Below are positions 10,774 through 19,906 of a DNA stretch of 64,000 bases, in pieces (positions within the stretch are counted from its first letter, which is position 1; every line of letters begins with the position of its first letter). The DNA is from an uncultured Planctomycetota bacterium (GTDB lineage: Bacteria; Planctomycetota; Planctomycetia; Isosphaerales; Isosphaeraceae): positions 960,001 through 1,024,000 of the forward strand of contig CAWGMQ010000008.1 in the NCBI GenBank assembly GCA_963823665.1. Direction: 5' to 3'. The notes beneath the pieces are model-generated. The model was not told where the DNA came from. It searched no databases and was given only the letters and a program-made list of their open reading frames with translations. Both the position numbers and the translations under genes were made by a program.

Positions 10774-11457
10774 TCAGCGATCGATGCCTAGCCGATAGAG
10801 GATTTCCTCGAACTTCTCGTGGTACTCATCATCGGTCGAGTGAAGGTGCTCGGCTTCCGAGATGAACTTCAAGGTGTCATCACGCTTCAAGCCATACTGG
10901 ATCAAGATCTTCTCAAACGGCTGAAGGTCATGGGCGTAGACGAAAAGCAGCTTGTGCTCGTCGAACTGCACCTCCATGGGGCCGTTCGGGTTGAGCGCGG
11001 CCATTCCGGTGCAGCCGTCGTTCAAGAGCAGGTTCTCGTAATCATAGAGCGTGCTTTTGAGGATCACCGTGTCCATGTGCTCGCGGTACAGGTCGGCATG
11101 CGACCCGGGCTCGGAGTCATGGCTCGATTCCATCACGACGTCCACCACGTCGCCGAGAGGGTCGAGCAGGTCCATGAACAGGTCAAACAGGTTCTCCGCA
11201 GACACCGACGCGGCCAGAACGGGCATCTTGCTGCCGGTCTCCGGATCGCAGTAAGTGTCGCGCCGATATCCGGCACGCGGGATGACCTCAAGACCGATCG
11301 AAGGGCGAACCGCTTCCGTCAGAGCGAAGCTTCCGTACCGTCCAATCCGTAGATGTGCATCAAGCTGATCTTGAGTAAGATCGTCAAAACCGGTACGAGT
11401 CATACGACCCGGATTATTGCGCAGCACACGCTCGAGGAAGCGTTGAATAAAACTCAT
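10774..11457 (-). CDS. Acidic hypothetical protein (228 codons)
   Basis: Strong AGGAGG RBS; protein-like sequence LLLNDGCTGMA...EVQFDEHKLL...ISEAEHLH. Confidence 0.8.
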   Translation of the reverse strand: MSFIQRFLERVLRNNPGRMTRTGFDDLTQDQLDAHLRIGRYGSFALTEAVRPSIGLEVIPRAGYRRDTYCDPETGSKMPVLAASVSAENLFDLFMDLLDPLGDVVDVVMESSHDSEPGSHADLYREHMDTVILKSTLYDYENLLLNDGCTGMAALNPNGPMEVQFDEHKLLFVYAHDLQPFEKILIQYGLKRDDTLKFISEAEHLHSTDDEYHEKFEEILYRLGIDR

Positions 11458-11491
11458 CGAACAGGCTCCCCTCCTAAACTGCAACGAACTT

Positions 11492-11611
11492 CGGGATAGG
11501 TGCGACGAAACCCTCGGCCACCGCGTCAAACGGTCTTGGGTGTCATTCCCAAGCTAAGCCATCCCAGGCATCCGCTTGACACCGCGCCCAAGGGAGTCGA
11601 AACCCACCCCG
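11492..11611 (-). ncRNA. Candidate structured RNA / 5' leader (long rod-like hairpin)
   Basis: Nested complementary segments with G-U pairs on the minus strand (see findings); no RNA family recognised. Confidence 0.4.
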
Positions 11612-11961
11612 GGGACGGGCGCCTGTCCATTGGCGACACTTCAAAAACGCCTCTTCACATATATACCACGCACGGCTTCACTATCCGGCCAAGTCTCCCC
11701 AGATTTTCAAAAGAAGACTCGGTGCTCGATCCCACGCGTGATCAGAACACCACATTCGAACACTCCCGAGACGTTCTCCCAAAAGACGGACCGATCGAGT
11801 CCGGGTGACCCTGCCTCGCGCTACCTCGTCACCCTCTGCGACAATTCGTTCGTCACTCGAGTCGAATCACACACGAATCCACTCATTCGGGTGCATTCGC
11901 AAATTCGATACCAGAAGAAAAACGCACCGTGGGTGATTCGGTCGTGCGTCTCTGGCTGGTA

Positions 11962-11980
11962 AAAACTTGAGTCAAGTTTT
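11962..11980. promoter_or_regulatory. Perfect palindrome AAAACTTGA-G-TCAAGTTTT, candidate operator
   Basis: 9-bp arms with a 1-nt spacer in a divergent intergenic region. Confidence 0.5.
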
Positions 11981-12225
11981 GGAAAATATGGACTCTTATC
12001 GGGAGAAGTCAACCGTACAATCAACTCGCCAGCATTTTGTAAGCATTTGCACCCATCGAGCACAAGACCTTCGATCCAAAAAACGACTCGTGTTGATTCC
12101 GAAACTCAACAATCCACTCGCGCTGTAGTGCAGTCATCATTTGAGGCGCGTCGAGTCGACACGAAGCGACGGACGCAACACCCTCTGCGCCAGCCATCGA
12201 GCCCATCGCCCGCTCGCGGCCGCAA

Positions 12226-12234
12226 TGCTATACT
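12226..12234 (+). promoter_or_regulatory. Extended -10 element TGCTATACT for the dipeptidase gene
   Basis: TGn-TATACT about 75 nt upstream of the start codon. Confidence 0.4.
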
Positions 12235-12309
12235 CTTTTTCCCCGCTGCTGGCCCGGCGAGCGCCCGGCGGGTGAACATCCACAAGATCCCATGCACGGG
12301 AGGCAGTGA

Positions 12310-13680
12310 GTGATGGACATGGCTCGCGTGGAGACCTACCTGGAGTCGCATCGGAGCGATTTCGAGGAACAGCTCAAGGCCCTGATCCGCATTCCGAGCG
12401 TCAGTGCTCAGCCGGCGCATAACGCCGACACTCGCCGGGCCGCCATGTGGGTGCACGACGACCTCACCTCCATGGGCATCAAGACCGAGCTTGTCGAGAC
12501 CAAGGGCCACCCGATCGTCCACGGCGAATGGCTTTCCGCCCCGGGCAAGCCGACACTGCTCGTCTACGGGCATTACGACGTTCAGCCCGCCGAGCCGCTC
12601 GACCCCTGGCTCTCACCGCCCTTCGAGCCCACCGTGCGCGATGGCAACCTCTACGCTCGCGGCGCCACCGACGATAAGGGTCAGATGTTCACGCATTTGA
12701 AAGCAGCCGAGGCGTGGCTCAAGACCTCCGGCAAGCTGCCGGTGAATGTCAAGTTCGTCATCGAAGGCGAGGAAGAGGTTGGCGGGGCCAACCTGGAAGC
12801 GTACGTCGCCGACCAGGCCAAGCGCCTCGCTTGTGACTACGCCGTCATCTCCGATAGCAGCCAGTTCGCCCCCGGAGCTCCCGCGATCACTTACGGCCTC
12901 AAGGGCCTTGCGTATTTCGAGATCCTGATCCAGGGCGCCAACCGCGACTTGCATTCGGGTACTTATGGCGGCGCCGTCGCCAATCCGCTGAACGCTCTGG
13001 CGACGATCCTCGCCAGCCTGAAGGGGGCTGACGGCAGGATTCAGATTGCGGGGTTCTACGACAGCGTCAAGCCCCTGGCCGACTGGGAACGAAAGCAATT
13101 CGCCGCGCTCGATTTTTCCGAGAAAGCGTTCCAGGCCGATCTCGCTGTGACAAGTCTAGAAGGGGAGGCAGGTTTCACGACGCTGGAGCGGAAATGGGCA
13201 CGGCCCACCTGCGACGTGAACGGGATTTTTGGCGGGTACGCAGGCCCAGGCCCCAAGACTGTGCTCCCTTGCAAGGCGGGCGCCAAGTTCAGCTTTCGCC
13301 TGGTTCCCGACCAGGACCCGAAGACCGTCGAGAAGCAGCTCCGCGAGCACGTCGCGCGGGTTTGCCCCGAGGGTGTGACCTACGAGTTCATCACCCACCA
13401 CGGTGCGCCGGCGGTTCTGGTCAACACTGATACCCCGGGTGTGCGGGCCGCGGTCCGGGCAATCGAATTCGGTTTTGGCAAGAAGCCGGTCTTCATCCGC
13501 GAAGGGGGCTCGATTCCGGTCGTCGGCTTGATCAAGCAGCAACTGGGCGTGGACACGCTCCTTCTGGGCTGGGGCCAGAACGACGACAACCTGCACGGGC
13601 CAAACGAGAAGTTCGCGATCGCCGACTTCCATCGCGGCATCAAGTCGAGTGCATACTTGCTGGCTGAGCTCGCGAAGTGA
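12310..13680 (+). CDS. M20 family dipeptidase (ArgE/DapE superfamily)
   Basis: YGHYDVQP, YARGATDDKGQ, EGEEEVG, DLHSG, REGGSIPVV, LHGPNEKF. Confidence 0.93.
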   Translation: MMDMARVETYLESHRSDFEEQLKALIRIPSVSAQPAHNADTRRAAMWVHDDLTSMGIKTELVETKGHPIVHGEWLSAPGKPTLLVYGHYDVQPAEPLDPWLSPPFEPTVRDGNLYARGATDDKGQMFTHLKAAEAWLKTSGKLPVNVKFVIEGEEEVGGANLEAYVADQAKRLACDYAVISDSSQFAPGAPAITYGLKGLAYFEILIQGANRDLHSGTYGGAVANPLNALATILASLKGADGRIQIAGFYDSVKPLADWERKQFAALDFSEKAFQADLAVTSLEGEAGFTTLERKWARPTCDVNGIFGGYAGPGPKTVLPCKAGAKFSFRLVPDQDPKTVEKQLREHVARVCPEGVTYEFITHHGAPAVLVNTDTPGVRAAVRAIEFGFGKKPVFIREGGSIPVVGLIKQQLGVDTLLLGWGQNDDNLHGPNEKFAIADFHRGIKSSAYLLAELAK

Positions 13681-13730
13681 AGGGGATTGAGAGCGCAACA
13701 GGTCACTGCAGAAATGACCCGGTCGAATCC

Positions 13731-14546
13731 ATGAGAATTACCATCTCTGGCAACGCAGGTTTGGTCCGAACCCTCTGGGCGATCATCTCGGCAGCGTTTG
13801 CCGGCATCGTAATCGTGATCGCGCCCTTACCTCTGAACCTACTCGCCTTCGTGGGTTGGATTCTCTTGCTGCGACGGTCGACTCGCCCGCCTGGTAAAGT
13901 CGAACTGAACAAGTCATCATGGCCTGAGCGCGACGAGATCGATTGCGTCTCGACGCCCAAAGCGCCTGATCCCACGCACCCGCGGGCGATGATCGCGGCT
14001 CACGTCGTGATCGTCGGGACGATCATCGTGGTTGCGGGCTATGTTCCTGTGAAGCAGATCGATCAGATCTTGAACCGCTCGATCACGCTTCCAAGGACCG
14101 CGATGACCCTGGGTGAGTTTGCCGAGCTTGGCCGGACCAGTCACCTCCACCCCATTCATTTCGACCTCGAGCCGGAACAAGAAAAAGTGGTCGTACGCTT
14201 TCCGAGGATCCGAATGAGACTCGGCGAGGTCATCGAGATGATCGAGAAACAGGCAACGTTTCGACGTCACATCAGCAAGTGCGGCAACGAGTCGACGGTC
14301 CTCTGGGGATCGTGCGTCATGTCGATCACGATGGGCCCGGATCGCCCGCCGGGACATCACGATTCCGGCCGTTCAGTCGCGCAGGCGTCTGCTGGTGCGG
14401 GTCCTGAGCGTCGGGCGCAGGGCTCGAATGAGGGATCCGTCGGATCGGCGGCTGCCCGCGAAAGACTGGGCATCGATCGCGCCGGAGCCACATTCCAAGA
14501 CGCTCGAAGAACGCCCATACCCCCCGACTCGGCGTGTCCGCGTTGA
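13731..14546 (+). CDS. Hypothetical membrane protein
   Basis: Three hydrophobic segments; the C-terminal ~65 aa look low-quality. Confidence 0.5.
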   Translation: MRITISGNAGLVRTLWAIISAAFAGIVIVIAPLPLNLLAFVGWILLLRRSTRPPGKVELNKSSWPERDEIDCVSTPKAPDPTHPRAMIAAHVVIVGTIIVVAGYVPVKQIDQILNRSITLPRTAMTLGEFAELGRTSHLHPIHFDLEPEQEKVVVRFPRIRMRLGEVIEMIEKQATFRRHISKCGNESTVLWGSCVMSITMGPDRPPGHHDSGRSVAQASAGAGPERRAQGSNEGSVGSAAARERLGIDRAGATFQDARRTPIPPDSACPR

Positions 14547-14551
14547 ATGAA

Positions 14552-14580
14552 TTGACACGTCCCCAGCCTTCGAGTTCAAT
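14552..14580 (+). promoter_or_regulatory. Putative sigma70 promoter TTGACA-N17-TTCAAT
   Basis: Perfect -35 hexamer with 17-nt spacing, ~50 nt upstream of the ATG at 14632. Confidence 0.5.
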
Positions 14581-14631
14581 CAGCACACGTGCTGGTGTCC
14601 GGAATTGCCGTTCAAGGTGAGATGCGCGACG

Positions 14632-15258
14632 ATGCCATTACCGAAGGCGTTGCACGCTGGGACTCCAGTTCTGCCATCCGGGGGGCTCGCCCCGGTGATC
14701 GCTGCGGCGGCGCCGGCCGGAGGTGCCCCCGCGTTCGCTCCCGGCAACGGGGGCCATCCTTTTACGATGCAGATGCAGACCGATGACAACTGGTGCTGGG
14801 CGGCTGTCGCGACGAGCACTTCCCTCCACTACGACCCGTCCAGCACATGGACCCAGTGCGCGGTGGCCAACAGCGTGCTGTCCCTCCCCAGCGGTGTCGA
14901 CTGCTGCGTCTCGGGTGCAGTACCTCCGCCATGCGACGTCGAATGGTACCTCGACAAGGCCCTCACTGCGACGTCCAACTTGCTCGAAGTCCGCGCTGGC
15001 ACCGTCGGTTTCCCGAAACTGACAGCGCTGCTTGACGTCGACCGTCCGCTCGCGGTCCGCGTCGAGTAGGTCGGGGGTGGGGGACACTTCGTGGTGTTCC
15101 ACCAGTGGGAGAAGACTGCGTCAGGCATGGAATTTGTTGTCGTCGCCGATCCGTTTTACGGCAGGCGCACCGTGCTGTATAATGATTGCGTTCATCGATA
15201 TCCGGCCACCGGCTCGACAACTGGGACGTGGACTCACTCGTACTGGACCCAACCCTGA
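14632..15258 (+). pseudogene. Papain-like cysteine protease (AvrRpt2/C70- or C39-like) with an in-frame TAG at 15067-15069
   Basis: QTDDNWCWAA (Gln + catalytic Cys); after the TAG the same frame gives VGGGGHFVV (His), VADPFYG (Asp) and TWTHSYWTQP*. Confidence 0.8.
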
Positions 15259-15275
15259 CGGGAGGCTCGAAGACA

Positions 15276-15920
15276 ATGGCGCTGATCTTCGATCGGAACG
15301 TGCCCGCCGGGGTCGTCGACCTCGCCAGGAGCACTCTGGGCGAACTGGCCACAATGCCGGACTCGCGGGGGGGACGGTCCCCGCTCGCCAAAGCCATCGT
15401 CAGCAACACACCGCTGCCCGTCTATTCTCTCCGGATCGACGCCCTGGCGCGGGCCGGCGAGCCATGGGACGCTGGCTTGGCGGGCGCCGAGCCCGAGAGC
15501 TGGCGCGTGTTCGTGATGGACGGCGGCGAGCCGACGGGCGTGGCCGATGTCGCCGCGCCCGGAGGGGGGAACGCGGCGCGATTCCTGAGCTACACCCGGG
15601 GCCCGCAGGTTGCCTCGTCCGGTAGGGCCCTGACCGACGCCGAGGACGGCAAGCGGCTCGAAGGCCGGAAATTCGAACCGCGCTTCCTGGAAATCCCCGG
15701 CATCAACGTCTCGGCCGTGTGGCTCAAGGCCCTCGACGCACAAACCGACTCCGTCATCCCGGTCGATCCGGTCCCACGATTCCTTCGAAGCCATTCCATG
15801 TACACCCTGCGCGATTTTCTCGACCTCGTCAGGGCTCGTGCGGTAGAGCGCCTCAAGTTCAACAACTCCCCGCAACAAGACGACCACAATCCGCCGGCGC
15901 ACGCGCAAAGCTCGGTCTGA
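15276..15920 (+). CDS. Hypothetical protein, partner of the papain-like protease
   Basis: GGAGG RBS, start 17 nt after the protease stop; LPVYSL...WRVFV...FEPRFLEIPGINVSAVWL...VIPVDPVP. Confidence 0.75.
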   Translation: MALIFDRNVPAGVVDLARSTLGELATMPDSRGGRSPLAKAIVSNTPLPVYSLRIDALARAGEPWDAGLAGAEPESWRVFVMDGGEPTGVADVAAPGGGNAARFLSYTRGPQVASSGRALTDAEDGKRLEGRKFEPRFLEIPGINVSAVWLKALDAQTDSVIPVDPVPRFLRSHSMYTLRDFLDLVRARAVERLKFNNSPQQDDHNPPAHAQSSV

Positions 15921-16107
15921 GAAGCACAATCCGCGAAACGGCGAGGTAGCTGCGGATCTCGGACTTGAATGGCTCGTGCTCGTCTCAAGTTGGGTGGCTC
16001 CAATCCTCGTTCACGGAAATCGATTCGTTGACTTTCAACAGCAAGGCCGTCTATTTCTGGCGATTCTCCCGCCGGTGTTCATCGAAGAGTGTCAAAAAGG
16101 GAGTAAC

Positions 16108-17400
16108 ATGCTGGATGTGAAGTACGTGGTCGCCAATGCCGAGGCGGTCAAACAGAACTGCCGGAACCGGAACACCCCCCCCGACGTCCTCGAAGACGTC
16201 GACCGCGCCATCGAGCTCGAGGGCGAGCGCCGGGCGCTGCTCCAGGGCGTGGAAGAGATCCGCAGGCGCCAGAATGAAGTCGCGCAGGCCACCGGCAAGG
16301 AGCGCGATCCACAGAAGCGCTCGGTCTTGATCGAGGAGGGCAAGGCGCTCAAGTTGCGCGTAGCCGACGAGGAGGACAAACTCCGGATCCTGGAGGGCTC
16401 GCTCAACCTGCGGCTGCGGCGCATTCCCAATTTGACGCATCCCGACGCACCTATGGGACGTACCGAGGAAGACAGCCGCGAAATTCGCAAATCCGGCACT
16501 CCGCGCCAGTTTGACTTCAAGCCCAAAGACCACGTCGAGCTCGGCAAGGAGCTCGACCTGATCGACTTTGAAACCGCCGGCAAAGTCAGCGGATCGGGAT
16601 TCTATTTCCTCAAGAACGACGCCGTGCTTCTCGACCTGGCGCTCCAGCAGCTCGCGCTCAAGAATCTGATCGAGGCCGGTTTCACTCCCATCGTCACGCC
16701 CGACCTGGCGCGTAATAATATCCTGGAGGGGATCGGGTTCACTCCGCGCGGCGAAGAGACGCAGGTTTATTCGGTCGAGGACAGCGACCTCAGCCTGATC
16801 GGCACCGCCGAGATCACCCTGGGCGGTATGCACTCAGACGCCGTCCTGGCCGAGTCGGACCTGCCGCTTCAGTACGTCGGTCTTTCCCACTGTTTCCGCA
16901 CCGAAGCCGGCGCCGCGGGGCGGGCCAGCCGCGGCCTTTATCGCGTGCACCAGTTCACCAAGGTCGAGATGTTCGCCTTCAGCACGCCGGAATCCTCGGG
17001 CGAGATTCACGCCCGGATGCTGGCCATCGAAGAAAGGTTTTTCGAGTCCCTCGGCATTCCGTTTCGTGTTCTCGACATCGCGTCCGGCGACCTGGGCGGC
17101 CCCGCCTACCGCAAGTTCGACGTCGAGGCCTGGATGCCCGGGCGTGGAGAGCACGGTGAATACGGTGAAGTGACCAGCACCTCCGACTGCACCGATTACC
17201 AGGCCCGGCGGCTCAATATCCGCTATCGCCCCACAGGCCAGAAAGGGACCCGCTTCGTCCACACGCTCAACGGAACGGCCGTCGCCGTCAGCCGCGCCCT
17301 GATCGTGATCATGGAGAACTACCAGCGCGCTGACGGCTCGATCGACGTTCCCGAGGTCCTGCGCCCCTACGTCGGCAAAGGCGTGATCGGCCGCCGCTGA
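16108..17400 (+). CDS. serS: Serine--tRNA ligase
   Basis: MLDVKYV, IPNLTHPD, LIGTAEI, CFRTEAG, GLYRVHQFTKVEM, CTDYQARRL, HTLNGTA. Confidence 0.98.
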   Translation: MLDVKYVVANAEAVKQNCRNRNTPPDVLEDVDRAIELEGERRALLQGVEEIRRRQNEVAQATGKERDPQKRSVLIEEGKALKLRVADEEDKLRILEGSLNLRLRRIPNLTHPDAPMGRTEEDSREIRKSGTPRQFDFKPKDHVELGKELDLIDFETAGKVSGSGFYFLKNDAVLLDLALQQLALKNLIEAGFTPIVTPDLARNNILEGIGFTPRGEETQVYSVEDSDLSLIGTAEITLGGMHSDAVLAESDLPLQYVGLSHCFRTEAGAAGRASRGLYRVHQFTKVEMFAFSTPESSGEIHARMLAIEERFFESLGIPFRVLDIASGDLGGPAYRKFDVEAWMPGRGEHGEYGEVTSTSDCTDYQARRLNIRYRPTGQKGTRFVHTLNGTAVAVSRALIVIMENYQRADGSIDVPEVLRPYVGKGVIGRR

Positions 17401-17438
17401 TCCATGGGCCTCGACCTCCTCGACCGGTTTGAGGGCCC

Positions 17439-18818
17439 ATGCATAATCCGCTCCTCGTTCCTGACCTCCGCGAGCTGATTCGCGACGGAGAAATCGCCGG
17501 CCTGCGCGACTTCTTCGTCGAGCATCACCCCGCGCGTCTGGCCGAGCTGATGGAAGACCTCGACACCCAGGATGCCGACGCCGTCTTCGCCGTGCTCCCC
17601 CCGCGCAACCGCGCCGCGGTCTTGAACTACCTCGAGAAGGACCGCCAGGAGCAGCTCGTCAAGGCGATGCCCCCCAAGGACGCCGCCGAGCTGCTCCACC
17701 TGATGCCACACGACGAGCGCGCCGACCTGGTCAACCGCCTCGACGAAGATGTCGTCGACCCGGTGCTCCCCTTCCTGGCCCAGGCCGAGCGCGAGGATAT
17801 CCGCCGCCTCGGCAGTTATGAGCCCGGCACCGCAGGCGCCGCCATGACCACCGACTACGTGGCGCTGCCGCCGCACATCACAGTCCGCGAGGCGCTCGAG
17901 CTCCTGCGGCACGAGGCTCCCGACCGCGAAACGATCTATTACTGCTACGTTGTCGATCACAAGCGCCGGTTGATCGGGTTCATCTCGCTCAAGCGGCTGA
18001 TCTTATCGCGCCGGTCGGCCGTCATCGAAGACGTCATGCAGCGCGACGTCATCCTGGCGCGCGTCGACGAAGACCAGGAATCGGTCGCACGCCAGATCGA
18101 TAAGTACGACCTGCTCGCCATCCCTGTCGTCGACTCTTCCGACATGCTCCTGGGCATCATCACCCATGACGACGCGATGGATATCCTCCGCCAGGAGCAA
18201 ACCGAAGACATCCTCGCCTTCGGCGGCGTCGCAAGCGACTCCGAGACCAAAGAGGAAACCTACTGGCAAGGGCGTCTTGTGGAAGGCGTGCGCCGGCGAG
18301 TGGGGTGGCTACTATTCCTGTTCCTGGCCGGCACCATGACCAAGTACGTCTCGCACTATTTCAAAGGCGTGCAGCTTCGCCTACCCGACCTGATCGATTT
18401 CATCCCGCTCATGATCGGAACCGGCGGAAATGCCGGCAGCCAGACTGTCGGTACCATCATTCGCGGCATCGCCCTGGGCGAGATCCAGGGCTCGCATGCG
18501 TTCCGCGTGGTCTATCGCGAATGGCTCACCGGCTTGCTCCTGGGAACGCTCCTGGGCGGTATAGGCTTCTTCTACACCTGGGCACTGCACGGCAACCCGG
18601 CCTTCGCGGCCGTCATCGGCCTGGCAATCCTCTTCATCTGCATGTGGGCCAACAGCGTCGGCGCGGTGATTCCGCTCCTGGCCAAACGATTCGGCATCGA
18701 CCCGGCCGTCGTGAGCGCCCCCTTGATCAGCACCGTGGTCGACGCCACCGGCCTGGTGATCTTCTACTCGGTCGCCATCGTCCTCTTGATCAAGCTGGGC
18801 GGAGCCGGAACGAAATGA
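17439..18818 (+). CDS. mgtE: Magnesium transporter MgtE
   Basis: MgtE N-domain, CBS pair (AGAAMTTDYV...KYDLLAIPVVD), GTGGNAGSQ and DPAVVSAPLISTVVD motifs. Confidence 0.96.
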   Translation: MHNPLLVPDLRELIRDGEIAGLRDFFVEHHPARLAELMEDLDTQDADAVFAVLPPRNRAAVLNYLEKDRQEQLVKAMPPKDAAELLHLMPHDERADLVNRLDEDVVDPVLPFLAQAEREDIRRLGSYEPGTAGAAMTTDYVALPPHITVREALELLRHEAPDRETIYYCYVVDHKRRLIGFISLKRLILSRRSAVIEDVMQRDVILARVDEDQESVARQIDKYDLLAIPVVDSSDMLLGIITHDDAMDILRQEQTEDILAFGGVASDSETKEETYWQGRLVEGVRRRVGWLLFLFLAGTMTKYVSHYFKGVQLRLPDLIDFIPLMIGTGGNAGSQTVGTIIRGIALGEIQGSHAFRVVYREWLTGLLLGTLLGGIGFFYTWALHGNPAFAAVIGLAILFICMWANSVGAVIPLLAKRFGIDPAVVSAPLISTVVDATGLVIFYSVAIVLLIKLGGAGTK

Positions 18819-19054
18819 CCCGTGGGTCAGGCTTGAGCCTGACAATCGCAATGTCCTTTGAACGACTTGCTCGTCGACCTCCATTCTTTCAGCTCGGGCA
18901 TCCACGCGTGCTGCCCTTTTTTTTCTTTCAGCGTCGACGCCAGGACCGACCTATGCTTACTTTGAAGATCGTCTCCGGCGCGGCCCGCACTCGCTCCCTG
19001 TCCCCTCCGGCCGCTGGCACTTCAATTTCTGTCTCGAGCGATGAGGATCGCCAA

Positions 19055-19762
19055 ATGCTGGCGCCCCAATTTGCCGATCATAGGGTTGAATCGGACGCCA
19101 CTTCAGCCGCTGCGACGACTCCTGAAAGACGCCAGACCCCGCACCATCGTCTTCGCGACGCGCGGGGAACGCTCGAATGGTGCGAGCACGACGAACAAAT
19201 CTGCTGCGATGTAACGGTGATTGATATCAGTGGCGTAGGGGCGGCCGTGCTCACCGACCGTGCGCCGGAGGTGGGCCAATCCGTCTGGATTCGGCTGGAA
19301 TCCGGCGCTGCCGGAAGAGACCGTCTGGAAGCGCGAGTCGTCGCCACCTCGGCCGAGGCGTCCGGCAAGCAAATCGTCCGGTCGCATTTCATGTCCTGGC
19401 TGCCGATCGGCGAAGTACTCGAACGCCACGAAGAGCATCGGCTCTGGCAGCGCTACCCGGCGCGCGAGACCCGCGCCACACTGCACTGGATCGACGGGAC
19501 GGTTGAACAAACCGCTCCGGGCAAGCTGCTCAACATCAGCGGCGGCGGCGCGGCCGTCATGACTGACGCACCACTGCCCGAGCAAGAGCCCATCGGGCTC
19601 ACGCTCGCCGCAGGAGCTGAGCCGACCACACCGGCCGAATGCCGCCTCGTCGCTGTCTCGATCGACGCGTCTGGGTCGCGGATCGCACGGCTCAGATTTG
19701 TCGGAGCTTGTCCCATGGACCTCTTCGAGCTCGCCCTCCGCGGCGCGCCGAGCGAACCTTGA
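19055..19762 (+). CDS. Tandem PilZ domain protein (start uncertain, 18953 or 19055)
   Basis: Two units with R-rich motifs (ERRQTPHHR; HRLWQRYP) followed by DISGVGAAV and NISGGGAAV. Confidence 0.8.
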   Translation: MLAPQFADHRVESDATSAAATTPERRQTPHHRLRDARGTLEWCEHDEQICCDVTVIDISGVGAAVLTDRAPEVGQSVWIRLESGAAGRDRLEARVVATSAEASGKQIVRSHFMSWLPIGEVLERHEEHRLWQRYPARETRATLHWIDGTVEQTAPGKLLNISGGGAAVMTDAPLPEQEPIGLTLAAGAEPTTPAECRLVAVSIDASGSRIARLRFVGACPMDLFELALRGAPSEP

Positions 19763-19906
19763 TTCGCAGTGGGAATGTTGTAGAGTGCGTCGGCGGAGCC
19801 TGGTCTATCGAGAATAATGAAGCAAGAGAGCGCTGGCGCGACAAAAGCGAGCCTGATGCTCGGCATAATTCACGATCCGCCGAATGGGAAACCAAGCGAC
19901 ACTGGC

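Noticed and set aside
11492..11611. Hairpin as tRNA, SRP RNA or a known riboswitch
   Set aside because: No cloverleaf, no SRP domain IV core and no aptamer consensus that I recognise; kept only as an unclassified candidate
15067..15069. Programmed amber readthrough (pyrrolysine or recoding), given the proximity to serS
   Set aside because: No pyl genes or suppressor tRNA are seen; TAG ends other genes here (e.g. 43363-43365); a TGG to TAG point change is simpler
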